This document shows positions 9,151 through 18,422 of a stretch of DNA of 64,000 bases, piece by piece. The stretch is from Candidatus Poribacteria bacterium (GTDB lineage Bacteria > Poribacteria > WGA-4E > WGA-3G), in NCBI GenBank assembly GCA_965197475.1, contig CBDANF010000003.1:3200001-3264000 (forward strand), given 5' to 3'. A program made the position numbers and the translations under genes. How positions within the stretch are numbered: position 1 is the stretch's first letter; each line of letters begins with the position of its first letter. The notes under the pieces are model-generated. The model made no database searches, was not told the origin of the DNA, and was given only the letters and a program-made list of their open reading frames with translations.

Positions 9151-9417
9151 ATTGACCTCCATGAATAGATTATCGGGGATCCGAGGACATCTACTCGTTA
9201 GTTTAACGAATACTAATAGTATAACTCATGGGGTCATTTGATACAAACTATAAGTAGCGGTCAGGGGTCAGTTTAGCACCGTTTTGCTAAACCATACACA
9301 AAATTGACAGTTATGGGTAGAGCGATAGCGAGACACGACATAGAGGCATTCGGCTATCGGCTGTCGGCCATCAGTCTTGTAGGTCGGGTAGAGTATGCGA
9401 AACCCATAGGCATCAAT

Positions 9418-10075
9418 TTAGTGATTTTTTCGCGATATTTGATCTCCTTGATGCGTTTTTGGGTCTCCTGTTCGGAAAGTTTTTGAGCCACCAAGCGCGC
9501 TTGGATACGCTTTGTTTTCCCAACAGCGACTTGTATTTCGCAAGTGTGTGGTTTGGGTCTTGAGCCATTTTAGTAAACAAAATGGTGTTTCTGCGTCGTC
9601 AAAGAGAGAACAATCAACTTTCAACTGTGTTATCCAAAAGACACCTGCCTCGGAAAGTTTTCCGAGGGTGTCAAGTGAAAAATAATCGCGATCTGCCAGA
9701 CGTAAACGCCCCGGTGTCCGCATCGGCATCTGTTTTCAGCCGTGCAATCCTGTGTGGTACCATCAGTGAATTGAAAGTGTTCAAAAGTGCCAGTGGCAAC
9801 ATCAAAGTGGTTTTCAAGGTCGATGCAGCTTCGGGCGTGAAACGCTGTTCAATCGCCTGTCGTATGATAGGTGTGCCGAGAACACCAGCGGTTTGGGCAA
9901 GTTCGGTATAGGTTGCATCTGGACTTGCTAACCAAGTGAAAACAAGTGTCTCAACAAACCGACTGCCTGTGAGTTTACGACTTCTTTCAACAAAACCATG
10001 TTGATGTGCGGTTTCATCGGCAGTCGTTGTTAGAATCTGTTGCATTTTATTGGGAACCTGTGATAATGTATACAT
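9418..10075 (-). pseudogene. IS4-family transposase remnant (frameshifted, internally deleted)
   Basis: Fragments GFVERSRKLTG..FVETLVF, QAIEQRFTPEAA and LRLADRDYFSL lie in different frames. The C-terminal half is missing. Confidence 0.8.
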
Positions 10076-10990
10076 TGGAAACACCTCTTTTGTAGAAGTA
10101 AAATGTAGTTTTTCTACACTATATAATAGACATTATAATGAATTAAATAGAAGGAGTTTCATAACGCCAGGGTCTGAAGTTTAGGCGAAAATTGTGTAAA
10201 CCACAACAGGTTTCCATAACTAAATCACAAAACCCTTTCTTCCAATTCCTGAGTTTATCTTTGACAATGCGGCATCTTTTGACACCACTAATCGCATGTT
10301 CAACGCGTATGCGTATAGACGCTATCTTTCTATTGTTTTCTTTTTCTTCATTCGTCCGTTCTCTACCTCTCGGTTTTTTCTTCGGTTGAATGATGTTTAT
10401 ATCCGGGAGAACGAAACCCTGAAAACCGGTATCTTGGGACAATGTGCTACCCTGTGGCACACAATAGCCCACCATATCGGCTATGTGTTTGTCATGGTGT
10501 CTTCCTTCAAAAGAGGGTGTTAATAGGACAACTTTGCAGGCCTCATTGATAATCAGATTATTTTTCACTGTATGACATTTCTTTTTACCACTATAATAAC
10601 CCTTTTGAGTTTGTGGGTCTTTGGGGCGTCGTATCGGGCGTTCGGTGCTATCATGAAAAAAATGTTCTCCTTCTTGATTTTGAGTTGATACTTTTGATGG
10701 AGCACATATAGGTGCGGGGTCTGTTTCCCGAGATGGCAACTCTCCAAGTTCTGCTAATGCTTTGTTCAATATCGATAAAAGCAAGTGAATCCATCTATTA
10801 GCAAGAGGTTGAGACATGCCAAAGAGCGCACCGAATAGCACTTGTTTCGGTGCTTCACGAAGGTAAATCAGTATAAATAGCAACATATCTTCAGGTGTAT
10901 CAAAACGACTATTTTTATACGGTTTATATCTCCGTTTTTTGCGCGGTTTTCCTGCAAGGGTATGTGTTTGAACATACTCTAAAAAACATT

Positions 10991-11976
10991 CGCTCATGTC
11001 AAGAGTAAGTGCTTTTGACGAGTTTTGCTATAAAATCAACACTGACAGCTTTTAGATTCATGACGAACTCACAGATTGCGACGTAACCGGCGAGGAACTT
11101 TTTATGAACGCCACGAAAGGGACGAAGGAAGTTTCGCAGCGTCGTCCAGACACCTTCAATCGTCCTTGTATGGATCTCGTAAAGACCATCACCGTCTGCG
11201 TCTCTTGCCCACTCGCCATCCTTATGGAGAACAATCTCACGGGCGCGCTGAATACGGTTATAGCCACGCCAACCATCCGTATACACCGTTGAAGTCGGCA
11301 ACGTCCACTGATGAACGTGTGTTGAAAGCGTCGCAGAATCGGTGTGCCGCACAACACGTAATCTCAGGAGACCGCTTTCGCGACCTTTCGTCCCAACAAT
11401 AGGCGGACGATCATTGTCATAAGTCCCATGTCCCCTGCGTTTATTGCCACGCCGACGCGGCGGATCCGAAGCATCAACGTGCTTATCGCCTTTTTCACCG
11501 GCGTTTTGAAACATCTCATCTGTTTCGACTTCAGCATCAGGTAAAGCAGCTTCGGGTTGTATCTGCTCTGCCGAAGTTTGGAGTTTACGTCTTATAGAAA
11601 GAACGGTTTGACGACTTAGACCCAGTTCACACCCGAGTTGTGCACTTGAAACACCTTGACAGACACCGCGCAAAAGCAGAACGACCTGTGAGGGACGAAA
11701 CTGCGTGCCAGCAAAGACCGTCCCGGTATAGAGGTTGTAGATGCTCTCACAGTGTTTGCAGCGATACACTTGTAGACCACTTGTTTCAGTCGGACGGAAC
11801 TTGCGTGCCTCCGCCACGCTCGCTTGGCATTTTGGGCAACACAGCCCTTGAAGGTGGAAATGATCCAACACCCACGCTTGAGTTTTTTCTTCATCCAGGA
11901 GAGATTGTATTGGAAAGTCCATAGGTAACACGCTAACATAACTTTGAAAAAATAGCACTTACTTTTTACATGAGCC
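10991..11976 (-). mobile_element. IS1595-family insertion sequence
   Basis: TIRs CGCTCATGTCAAGAGTAAGTGCT / GGCTCATGTAAAAAGTAAGTGCT. 8-bp TSD AAAACATT at 10983-10990 and 11977-11984. Confidence 0.9.
10999..11922 (-). CDS. IS1595-family transposase
   Basis: N-terminal CPKC...CKHC zinc ribbon, HTH, ETDEM, VYTDGWRGY, TIEGVW. Start is probably the ATG of MDFPIQ. Confidence 0.88.
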   Translation of the reverse strand: MDFPIQSLLDEEKTQAWVLDHFHLQGLCCPKCQASVAEARKFRPTETSGLQVYRCKHCESIYNLYTGTVFAGTQFRPSQVVLLLRGVCQGVSSAQLGCELGLSRQTVLSIRRKLQTSAEQIQPEAALPDAEVETDEMFQNAGEKGDKHVDASDPPRRRGNKRRGHGTYDNDRPPIVGTKGRESGLLRLRVVRHTDSATLSTHVHQWTLPTSTVYTDGWRGYNRIQRAREIVLHKDGEWARDADGDGLYEIHTRTIEGVWTTLRNFLRPFRGVHKKFLAGYVAICEFVMNLKAVSVDFIAKLVKSTYS

Positions 11977-12322
11977 AAAACATTTAGTAAAATAAGGTGA
12001 TAGTTCAGTCCAATCTTCTAAGGTATATCCGGTGAGGGACAGGAGCGTATCAGGTTTGTCCCTTAGTTCTTGAAAACTTATCATGAGTTAGCCTCCTATT
12101 GTCCGATTGTAATAAGTATAATAGAGACTAACCAAACGGACAACTAATTAGTTATAATGTCTAATATAAGAGGTGTTTTCACTTGACAACACCTCTTATA
12201 TTAAGAAACAAGTTTACTTATTTCTTAAATTGATGCCTATGGGTAAAGCAAAGCGAAACCCAACTTTTTTCGTTATCGGACTATTTTGGTTCGGACAATA
12301 TCCAACAACCAAAGGAGAAATC

Positions 12323-13132
12323 ATGAAAATCTATCATGTATTAATGTTAACTATCCTCTTAACCGGTCTATTTCTTGCAAGCAGCGCAGATGCTGATAGT
12401 ATAAAAGATGAGCTTGAGAAATCACCACGTCATGGGGAGTGGGTTAAAATCACCGCCGCTGATGCACACGAAATCAACGCCTTTATTGTTTATCCAGAAG
12501 TGAAAGAACCCGCGACCGCCATCATCGTCATCCACGAAATATTTGGGTTAACCGATTGGATACGTCTCGTCGCAGATAGACTTGCTGCCGATGGGTTTGT
12601 TGCGATCTGTCCAGACCTGCTTTCAGGTATGGGGCCCGATGGAGGCGGAACAGACAGTTTTGACTCTGGTGATGATGTCCGTCGTGCTATTCGTGGACTC
12701 AAATCGGAGCGCGTGACAGCAGATCTGGATGCGGTGTCTAAATATCTTCGCGACCTACCTTCAACGAACGATAAGGTTGCTGTTTCTGGATTCTGCTGGG
12801 GTGGTGGAAAAACATTTAACTACGCTGTTAAATCTGATGAGATCGCTGCAGGTTTTGTGTTTTACGGTTCAGCTCCACCTGTTGAGGATATACCCAAGAT
12901 TTCTGCACCAGTATACGGGTTCTATGGAGAGAATGACAACCGTATTAATGCCACAATTGATGCTACCAAAGCGGCAGCAGACGCAGCAAAAGTCACCTAC
13001 GAACCAGTTATATATAAAGGTGTAGGGCACGGATTCTTAAGACGAGGCATGGAAGAAGATGCAAGCGAAACTCAGAAAGCCGCAGTCAAAGCAACATGGG
13101 ATCGGTGGGTTAAGCTTCTGGGAAAACTCTAA
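12323..13132 (+). CDS. Dienelactone hydrolase-family protein (secreted)
   Basis: IHEIFGL, GFCWGG nucleophile motif, GHGF. AAGGAG RBS before ATG 12323 and a signal peptide. Confidence 0.88.
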   Translation: MKIYHVLMLTILLTGLFLASSADADSIKDELEKSPRHGEWVKITAADAHEINAFIVYPEVKEPATAIIVIHEIFGLTDWIRLVADRLAADGFVAICPDLLSGMGPDGGGTDSFDSGDDVRRAIRGLKSERVTADLDAVSKYLRDLPSTNDKVAVSGFCWGGGKTFNYAVKSDEIAAGFVFYGSAPPVEDIPKISAPVYGFYGENDNRINATIDATKAAADAAKVTYEPVIYKGVGHGFLRRGMEEDASETQKAAVKATWDRWVKLLGKL

Positions 13133-13306
13133 ATATACACCTTTCGCCCCGCTGGGGCATATCTCTGGGAGAATGCAATTTCTATACACCTTCCACACCT
13201 CTGGTGCTTGTGAAACATTTTTCCGCGCCCCAAATCAATGCATCGTGTGCGTATGGCAGGCAGCGGGCTTAGAAGCTCTCCCACAAGAAGCCAATAAGGA
13301 ACACAC

Positions 13307-14071
13307 ATGCCGAATCGACTGAAAGATAAAATCGCAATTATCACAGGAGCAGCGCGCGGCATCGGCGCAAAAAGCGCAGAACTCTTTGCAGCAGAAGGCG
13401 CAGCTGTGGCTATCTGGGATCTGAATGCAGAACGCGGCGAAGCGGTCACACACCAAATTCAAACGGAAGGCGGCACGTCAATTTTCTGCCAGTGCGATGT
13501 GACAGATACCGCACAGATTGAAGCTGCCGCGCATCAAGTCACCTCGGAACTTGGATCACCGAATGTATTGTTTAACAATGCGGGAATCGCTGTCGTTGGT
13601 GAATTGGAGCATATTTCTGAAGCGGACTGGGATCGGCAATACGCAGTCAATGTCAAGAGTATCTATCTCGTCTCAAGATCAGTTATCCCGTTGATGCGTG
13701 CTGCGGGTGGCGGCACGATTATCAATATGGGAAGTGAATCCGCATTCGTCGGATTTCCGATGCACCCTGCCTATACGTCCTCAAAGGCAGCGGTGGTACA
13801 TCTAACACGCAGCATGGCAGTGCGGTATGCTGAAGACAATATCCGCGTCAACAGTCTGTGTCCCGGCACGATTAACACCGAGTTGTATCAAGAATTTATA
13901 GCACAACAGGAAAACCCCGAAGCGATAAACAGAGAGATTGAGGATATGCATCCGTTAGGTATCGGTGAACCGGAAGACATCGCTTGGGCAGCAGTCTATT
14001 TAGCATCTGATGAATCCCGATATATGACCGGAGCACCGATGCTGGTTGAGGGTGGTATCTTATCTCTGTAA
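13307..14071 (+). CDS. SDR-family oxidoreductase
   Basis: TGAARGIG, NNAG and YTSSK motifs. Confidence 0.92.
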   Translation: MPNRLKDKIAIITGAARGIGAKSAELFAAEGAAVAIWDLNAERGEAVTHQIQTEGGTSIFCQCDVTDTAQIEAAAHQVTSELGSPNVLFNNAGIAVVGELEHISEADWDRQYAVNVKSIYLVSRSVIPLMRAAGGGTIINMGSESAFVGFPMHPAYTSSKAAVVHLTRSMAVRYAEDNIRVNSLCPGTINTELYQEFIAQQENPEAINREIEDMHPLGIGEPEDIAWAAVYLASDESRYMTGAPMLVEGGILSL

Positions 14072-14132
14072 GTTTGTCTCTGAATCGCGAATTAGATGGA
14101 TTACGCAGATTTGCTGGGTTTCGCACACTCAA

Positions 14133-14403
14133 CCCATAGGTGTCAATTTAGTGTGCTATATGCAAAAAGATGCTGATTTGTGATGAAAGCAGCACCAGCG
14201 GTGCGGAATGTGTCCAGAAAACAGTGTCAAACAGTCTCTTGAACCCCAGCGGGGTGACAGGTGTCTGACAACACGTACACATATACACCTTTCGCCCCTC
14301 TGGGGTTTGAGTTTGGTAGGGGGCGCGTGTCTATACACCTTTCGCCCCTCTGGGGCTTAGATATCCAAATATAGGTTTATTTCCTTAAATTGACACCTAT
14401 GGG
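14133..14403. mobile_element. IS4-end MITE (family B) carrying REP-like dyads
   Basis: Ends CCCATAGGTGTCAATTTA / TAAATTGACACCTATGGG. Flanking direct repeat GGGTTTCGCACACTCA(A/C)CCC at 14116-14135 and 14401-14420. Confidence 0.8.
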
Positions 14404-14548
14404 TTTCGCACACTCACCCCAACCTACAAAAAACGGACATTCTCTTGTAGGGGCATTTCAAACGCCGATAGGCAAGAAGGAAAATCGGGCTTGGAAAGCC
14501 CTCCCACAAGAAAGTGGGCCCTACCTTAGTGGGAACAGAAACCTCGTC

Positions 14549-15484
14549 CTACAACGCATGATCAGAGGGTTTAAAACCCTTCTCAAACGTACCGAAACCG
14601 AAGAAAGTCGGCGCATAATCCCCGACATAATCAACGACACTCGCCTCAGGAATTACGTCCTCCATCCCCATGCACCAATAACATCCGTTCACAAGGAGAC
14701 GGCGAAGTCCTTCGCTCTCTAAATCGACAGATGCGCCCGCCGTAGTGTTGAAGACGCGCGAGGTGTTCCCCGTATCGCCGGTATAGGTTTTGATCCATGC
14801 CAACGGCATCGTGACGGTATCTGCTTTCGGCGCGTCTGTCGGTTCCATACCGACCAGCACCTGTCCGTGCACCAACACCTGTGCGTCTCCTGTCAATTCT
14901 TTAATACCGTAAACATCCGAAGGACCCCATATATCTGTAACACTCTTAAGGATAGGGTGATCCTTCATCGCCTCATCAATAACACCGCGCGCACTCTCTT
15001 TACCGTGATGTCCGTGATGATTCACCCAAGTTTCCCCGAGCACTTGCCTACCGTAGCCACCTTCGAAATCTTTGTTGTTGAAACTATATTTCGCGTAAGG
15101 GCTCTCAAGGTCTCGGCTATAACTGAAGGCGTGTGTCGCTGTGCGTAGCCCCATCACAGGGTTACCAGCATTCGTATAGTCCACAATATATTTCATCTGT
15201 TCATCGGGCAGCTCGCGGAAACGCGTGAACAATACCAACATATCCGCTGATTCCAGATGATGCAGCCCCGGTATGTTCGTCTGCACATTCGGATCAATCT
15301 CACCAGTTTCCGGATTGATGGCGAACAGTACCGTACATCGGAATCCGTGGTGTGTCGCTAACGCCTTCCCCAACATCGGCAACGCTTCTTCGGAACGATA
15401 CTCCTCATCACCACTTACCAGAACAATATGTTTGCCCCTACCGGGGCCCTCGTTCCCTTCATAAACAACCCATTCAGCATTCAT
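14549..15484 (-). CDS. ThuA-like (class I glutamine amidotransferase-like) domain protein
   Basis: SGDEEYRSEE, GLRTATHAF, GETWVNHHG and RVFNTTAG motifs. Start at 15484 or 15505. Confidence 0.75.
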   Translation of the reverse strand: MNAEWVVYEGNEGPGRGKHIVLVSGDEEYRSEEALPMLGKALATHHGFRCTVLFAINPETGEIDPNVQTNIPGLHHLESADMLVLFTRFRELPDEQMKYIVDYTNAGNPVMGLRTATHAFSYSRDLESPYAKYSFNNKDFEGGYGRQVLGETWVNHHGHHGKESARGVIDEAMKDHPILKSVTDIWGPSDVYGIKELTGDAQVLVHGQVLVGMEPTDAPKADTVTMPLAWIKTYTGDTGNTSRVFNTTAGASVDLESEGLRRLLVNGCYWCMGMEDVIPEASVVDYVGDYAPTFFGFGTFEKGFKPSDHAL

Positions 15485-15892
15485 CAAATTAAACTCCAGT
15501 CTCATAAGATTTTATAGTATCAGTATAGCACATGCGCGGTAAAAAGTCATGTTGAATTGGTTTTTGTACAGAGCCTACCATACGGGAAATAAGACAAATC
15601 CCGTTAATTGGTATTACAGGATTACCAAGATTAGTTCTCATCAAAGGTTTTTGTGACAGCCTCGGTAATTATCTATTGTATCATAGCAGATGTTAATGTT
15701 ACGCGGTTACTTTTAGATGTAGACATTCCTAATCCTGAAATTCTGGTAATCTTTGTTCAGACAAAGTATTTCTTGTAAAGTTACCCGTAATATTGTATTA
15801 TGCTATAGGTTTTCGGTGCAGAACTCCCAATCCTGAAAATCCTTGTTCAGACAAGTATTTTGTTTCAAGTTCCCTGTTATATTGTATTATAC

Positions 15893-16413
15893 TAACCTAA
15901 GTTGCCACCGAAACATGGAAAACGTCATCTACACAGAACTCTCAGATAAATGCTACTTACAGTTACTGGACATACCGCTCCGCTGGAGCGGAAGAAGGGA
16001 CTAACTTTTTCTATAAACATATCGCTCCGCTGGAGCGAAGATTAAACACCCCATTATGTGTCAACTTAAGGATTTTCCTAATATGAGTAATGATCTTCAG
16101 TCCCGTAGGGACGATATGTTTATAGAAAACGAGGTAATCAGTCCCTTGAGCCCCGTAGGGCGGTATGTTATAGCATGAGTATGACACTCTATATATGTCG
16201 CTCGGACGGAGCTAAAGAGATATGTTAATACGGTGTGCTATAAACATATCGTCCCTATGGGACTAAATATGGGACAGTCTCAATAATCATGCCTATTGAG
16301 AGGTGTTCATAAAAACACAGATATTTTCTTAAGTTGACACCTATGGAGCGAAGATTAAACACCGTAACGATAAGGGAATTGATCGAATTTTTAAAAGGTA
16401 GCAACTTGGGTTA
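15893..16413. mobile_element. MITE (family C) with REP-like dyads and a nested family-B MITE
   Basis: Ends TAACCTAAGTTGCCACC / GGTAGCAACTTGGGTTA match 15 of 17 positions as an inverted repeat, with TA termini. Confidence 0.65.
16051..16345. mobile_element. IS4-end MITE (family B) with 19-bp flanking direct repeat
   Basis: Ends ..ATGTGTCAACTTAAG / CTTAAGTTGACACCTATG. GGAGCGAAGATTAAACACC is repeated at 16032-16050 and 16345-16363. Confidence 0.75.
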
Positions 16414-16448
16414 ATATAGAGATTGTGTTATAGAGGAGAGATTTAACA

Positions 16449-17441
16449 ATGAAAGTCTTAGTTATCGGTGGGACAGGCAACATCAGTCGTGGAATTGTGG
16501 CGGCACTGCTAAACAGAAACCGCGAAGTCGTACTATTTAACCGTGGACAGCATGTTGACCTACCACCTGCAGATGTCCGTGTGATTCATGACGACCGGCA
16601 ACATCGCGGCGATTTTGAGGCAAAAGTCGGCGCGGAAAATTGGGATGCCGTTATTGATATGATTAGTTTCAATGCCGAAGATGCAGCATCTGCATTGCGT
16701 GCATGCCAGGGACGCGTTGGACATTTCGTGCAATGCTCCACTGTGATGACATACGGACCGCCGTTCAGCGGAATAAATCTATCCGAAAGAGCACCTTTGC
16801 AAGGCACGTCGGGGTATGGACTCAATAAAGTCGCCGCAGACAACCTTCTGTTAGAAGCTCATGAACGCGATGGATTTCCTGTAACGATTTTCAAGCCATC
16901 TTACACACACGGACCGGGAATTAATCTGCACCGACAGGTGGGAGGAGATGGCAGTTGGATTGATCGATTGCGAAAGGGAAAACCGATCCTTTCAGCGGGT
17001 GATGGATTAAACTATTTTCAATTCCTTGCATCGCGAGATGCAGGTGTTGCGTTCGCAGACATACTCGGCAAATCCGAATGTTTTGGTGAAATATACAATC
17101 TCGTCCATCCGCAGGCACGTACGTGGGACGAATGGCACTGTGCAGCTGCAGAGGCACTCGGTGTTAACATAGAAATTGTGCATGTATCCCAAGAAACACT
17201 AATAACGATGGCACCGGAACGGTTCAGTGGATTGCGGGGTAACTTCGGGCATACACAGATATTCAGCCACGAAAAACTTGCAGCAGCGTTACCTGAATTC
17301 AATCCACAAATTCCGGTAACTGAAAGCGTGGCAGAAAACATCGCTTGGATGGATAAACACAATCGGGTGCCAAATAGCGATGCGGATGACTTAGAAGATA
17401 GAATTATTGAGACAATTCGCAATCTACCACGTATTAAGTAG
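16449..17441 (+). CDS. NAD-dependent epimerase/dehydratase-family protein
   Basis: GGTGNIS Rossmann motif and YGLNK. Confidence 0.85.
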   Translation: MKVLVIGGTGNISRGIVAALLNRNREVVLFNRGQHVDLPPADVRVIHDDRQHRGDFEAKVGAENWDAVIDMISFNAEDAASALRACQGRVGHFVQCSTVMTYGPPFSGINLSERAPLQGTSGYGLNKVAADNLLLEAHERDGFPVTIFKPSYTHGPGINLHRQVGGDGSWIDRLRKGKPILSAGDGLNYFQFLASRDAGVAFADILGKSECFGEIYNLVHPQARTWDEWHCAAAEALGVNIEIVHVSQETLITMAPERFSGLRGNFGHTQIFSHEKLAAALPEFNPQIPVTESVAENIAWMDKHNRVPNSDADDLEDRIIETIRNLPRIK

Positions 17442-17455
17442 TACAGAGGTAAGAC

Positions 17456-18268
17456 ATGATGAAAATTAAATCAGCATTAAATTCAGAAAGGCTTGACCTT
17501 GTTGAACATGATCTACGCGAAATCGGGTTCCATACCATTGAGAATGTGATTTCAGCTGAAGAAGCAGACGAAGCCCGTGAAGCGATCTGGAAACTTGTTG
17601 AAGAAGACATTACAAATGGACGTGATCATAGTTATGGCAACGGTAAAATCCGACGCGTCTGGGCAATTGTCGGAAAATCACCCATCTTCCGTAGCCTCAT
17701 TCAGCATCCGACCGTGGTAGCAGTGTGGAAGCGGATGCTCGGCGAGGATGTGATTGCATCCACATTTACGGCAAATATCGTCGGACCGGGCGCGCCGGCA
17801 GGTGGTTGGCATATTGACTACCCGTATTGGGCGATGCAAGCCCCGTTTCCGTCTGGCTCTCTAACGGGGCAAACGGTATGGATGTTAGATGATTTCACAG
17901 CAGAAAATGGTGCAACGGCGTGTATCGCTGAATCACACAAAACACTCCGCCGACCCGAATTGGGAGAAGCAGAAGGACTTGAGATGAGTGTTGCAATCGC
18001 GCTGAAAGGCTCTATCCTATTCACAAACGGTGCGATCTGGCATCAATGCCTTCCGAATACCACGGACGCACCGCGCGTTGGATTACTCGGCATGTATAAC
18101 CGTTCGGTCGTCTATCCACAAGAGGATATGCCTCGACAGTTAACTGATGATGTGTTAGCAACTGAAAGCGACATCCTAAAACAGTTATTGGGTAGAAGTA
18201 TACCATTTCGTCACCCTGACCAAGGGCAGAACTGGCATCGAACGGAAACAGGATTTCGTCAAGCGTAA
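17456..18268 (+). CDS. Phytanoyl-CoA dioxygenase (PhyH)-family protein
   Basis: WHID, DDFTAENGAT, IWH and conserved Arg of the 2OG-Fe(II) fold. Confidence 0.88.
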   Translation: MMKIKSALNSERLDLVEHDLREIGFHTIENVISAEEADEAREAIWKLVEEDITNGRDHSYGNGKIRRVWAIVGKSPIFRSLIQHPTVVAVWKRMLGEDVIASTFTANIVGPGAPAGGWHIDYPYWAMQAPFPSGSLTGQTVWMLDDFTAENGATACIAESHKTLRRPELGEAEGLEMSVAIALKGSILFTNGAIWHQCLPNTTDAPRVGLLGMYNRSVVYPQEDMPRQLTDDVLATESDILKQLLGRSIPFRHPDQGQNWHRTETGFRQA

Positions 18269-18362
18269 ATGCAATATAGGCATAACATTAAAATTGACCG
18301 TTGAATGTTTAGGTGTTTTCAGATGAAACTATAAACAATGACATAATCCTGAATCGTTTAAC

Positions 18363-18391
18363 TTGACTCGCATCATGCTGTGTGTTACAAT
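18363..18391 (+). promoter_or_regulatory. Putative sigma70 promoter of the acyl-CoA ligase
   Basis: TTGACT-N17-TACAAT with an extended TG. Confidence 0.55.
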
Positions 18392-18422
18392 AGCCTCAAA
18401 AAACAACAGCAGGGGAGACAAT

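Larger units (their letters stand above)
7241..9244 (-). mobile_element. Candidate novel TIR-bounded mobile element encoding two DUF1670-like proteins
   Basis: Perfect inverted repeat GTATCAAATGACC (7241-7253) / GGTCATTTGATAC (9232-9244) encloses exactly two coupled paralogous ORFs. It begins at the stop codon of the upstream gene. Confidence 0.6.
10128..12162 (-). mobile_element. IS5-family-like (DDE_Tnp_4/HTH_Tnp_4 type) element, interrupted by IS1595
   Basis: Ends AGACATTATAA...TTATAATGTCT with 3-bp TSD AAT. Transposase split into 12084-11985 and 10990-10143. Near-identical to the copies at 50842 and 55930. Confidence 0.9.
9403..12243 (-). mobile_element. Degenerate IS4-family element hosting nested IS5-like and IS1595 elements
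   Basis: Perfect 18-bp inverted ends CCCATAGGCATCAATTTA (9403-9420) / TAAATTGATGCCTATGGG (12226-12243). Both flanks are GGGTA.AG...GCGAAACCC. Confidence 0.8.

Noticed and set aside
13130-16420. CRISPR array among the short repeats
   Set aside because: The repeats are inverted, irregularly spaced and diverged. There is no repeat-spacer periodicity and no cas gene.
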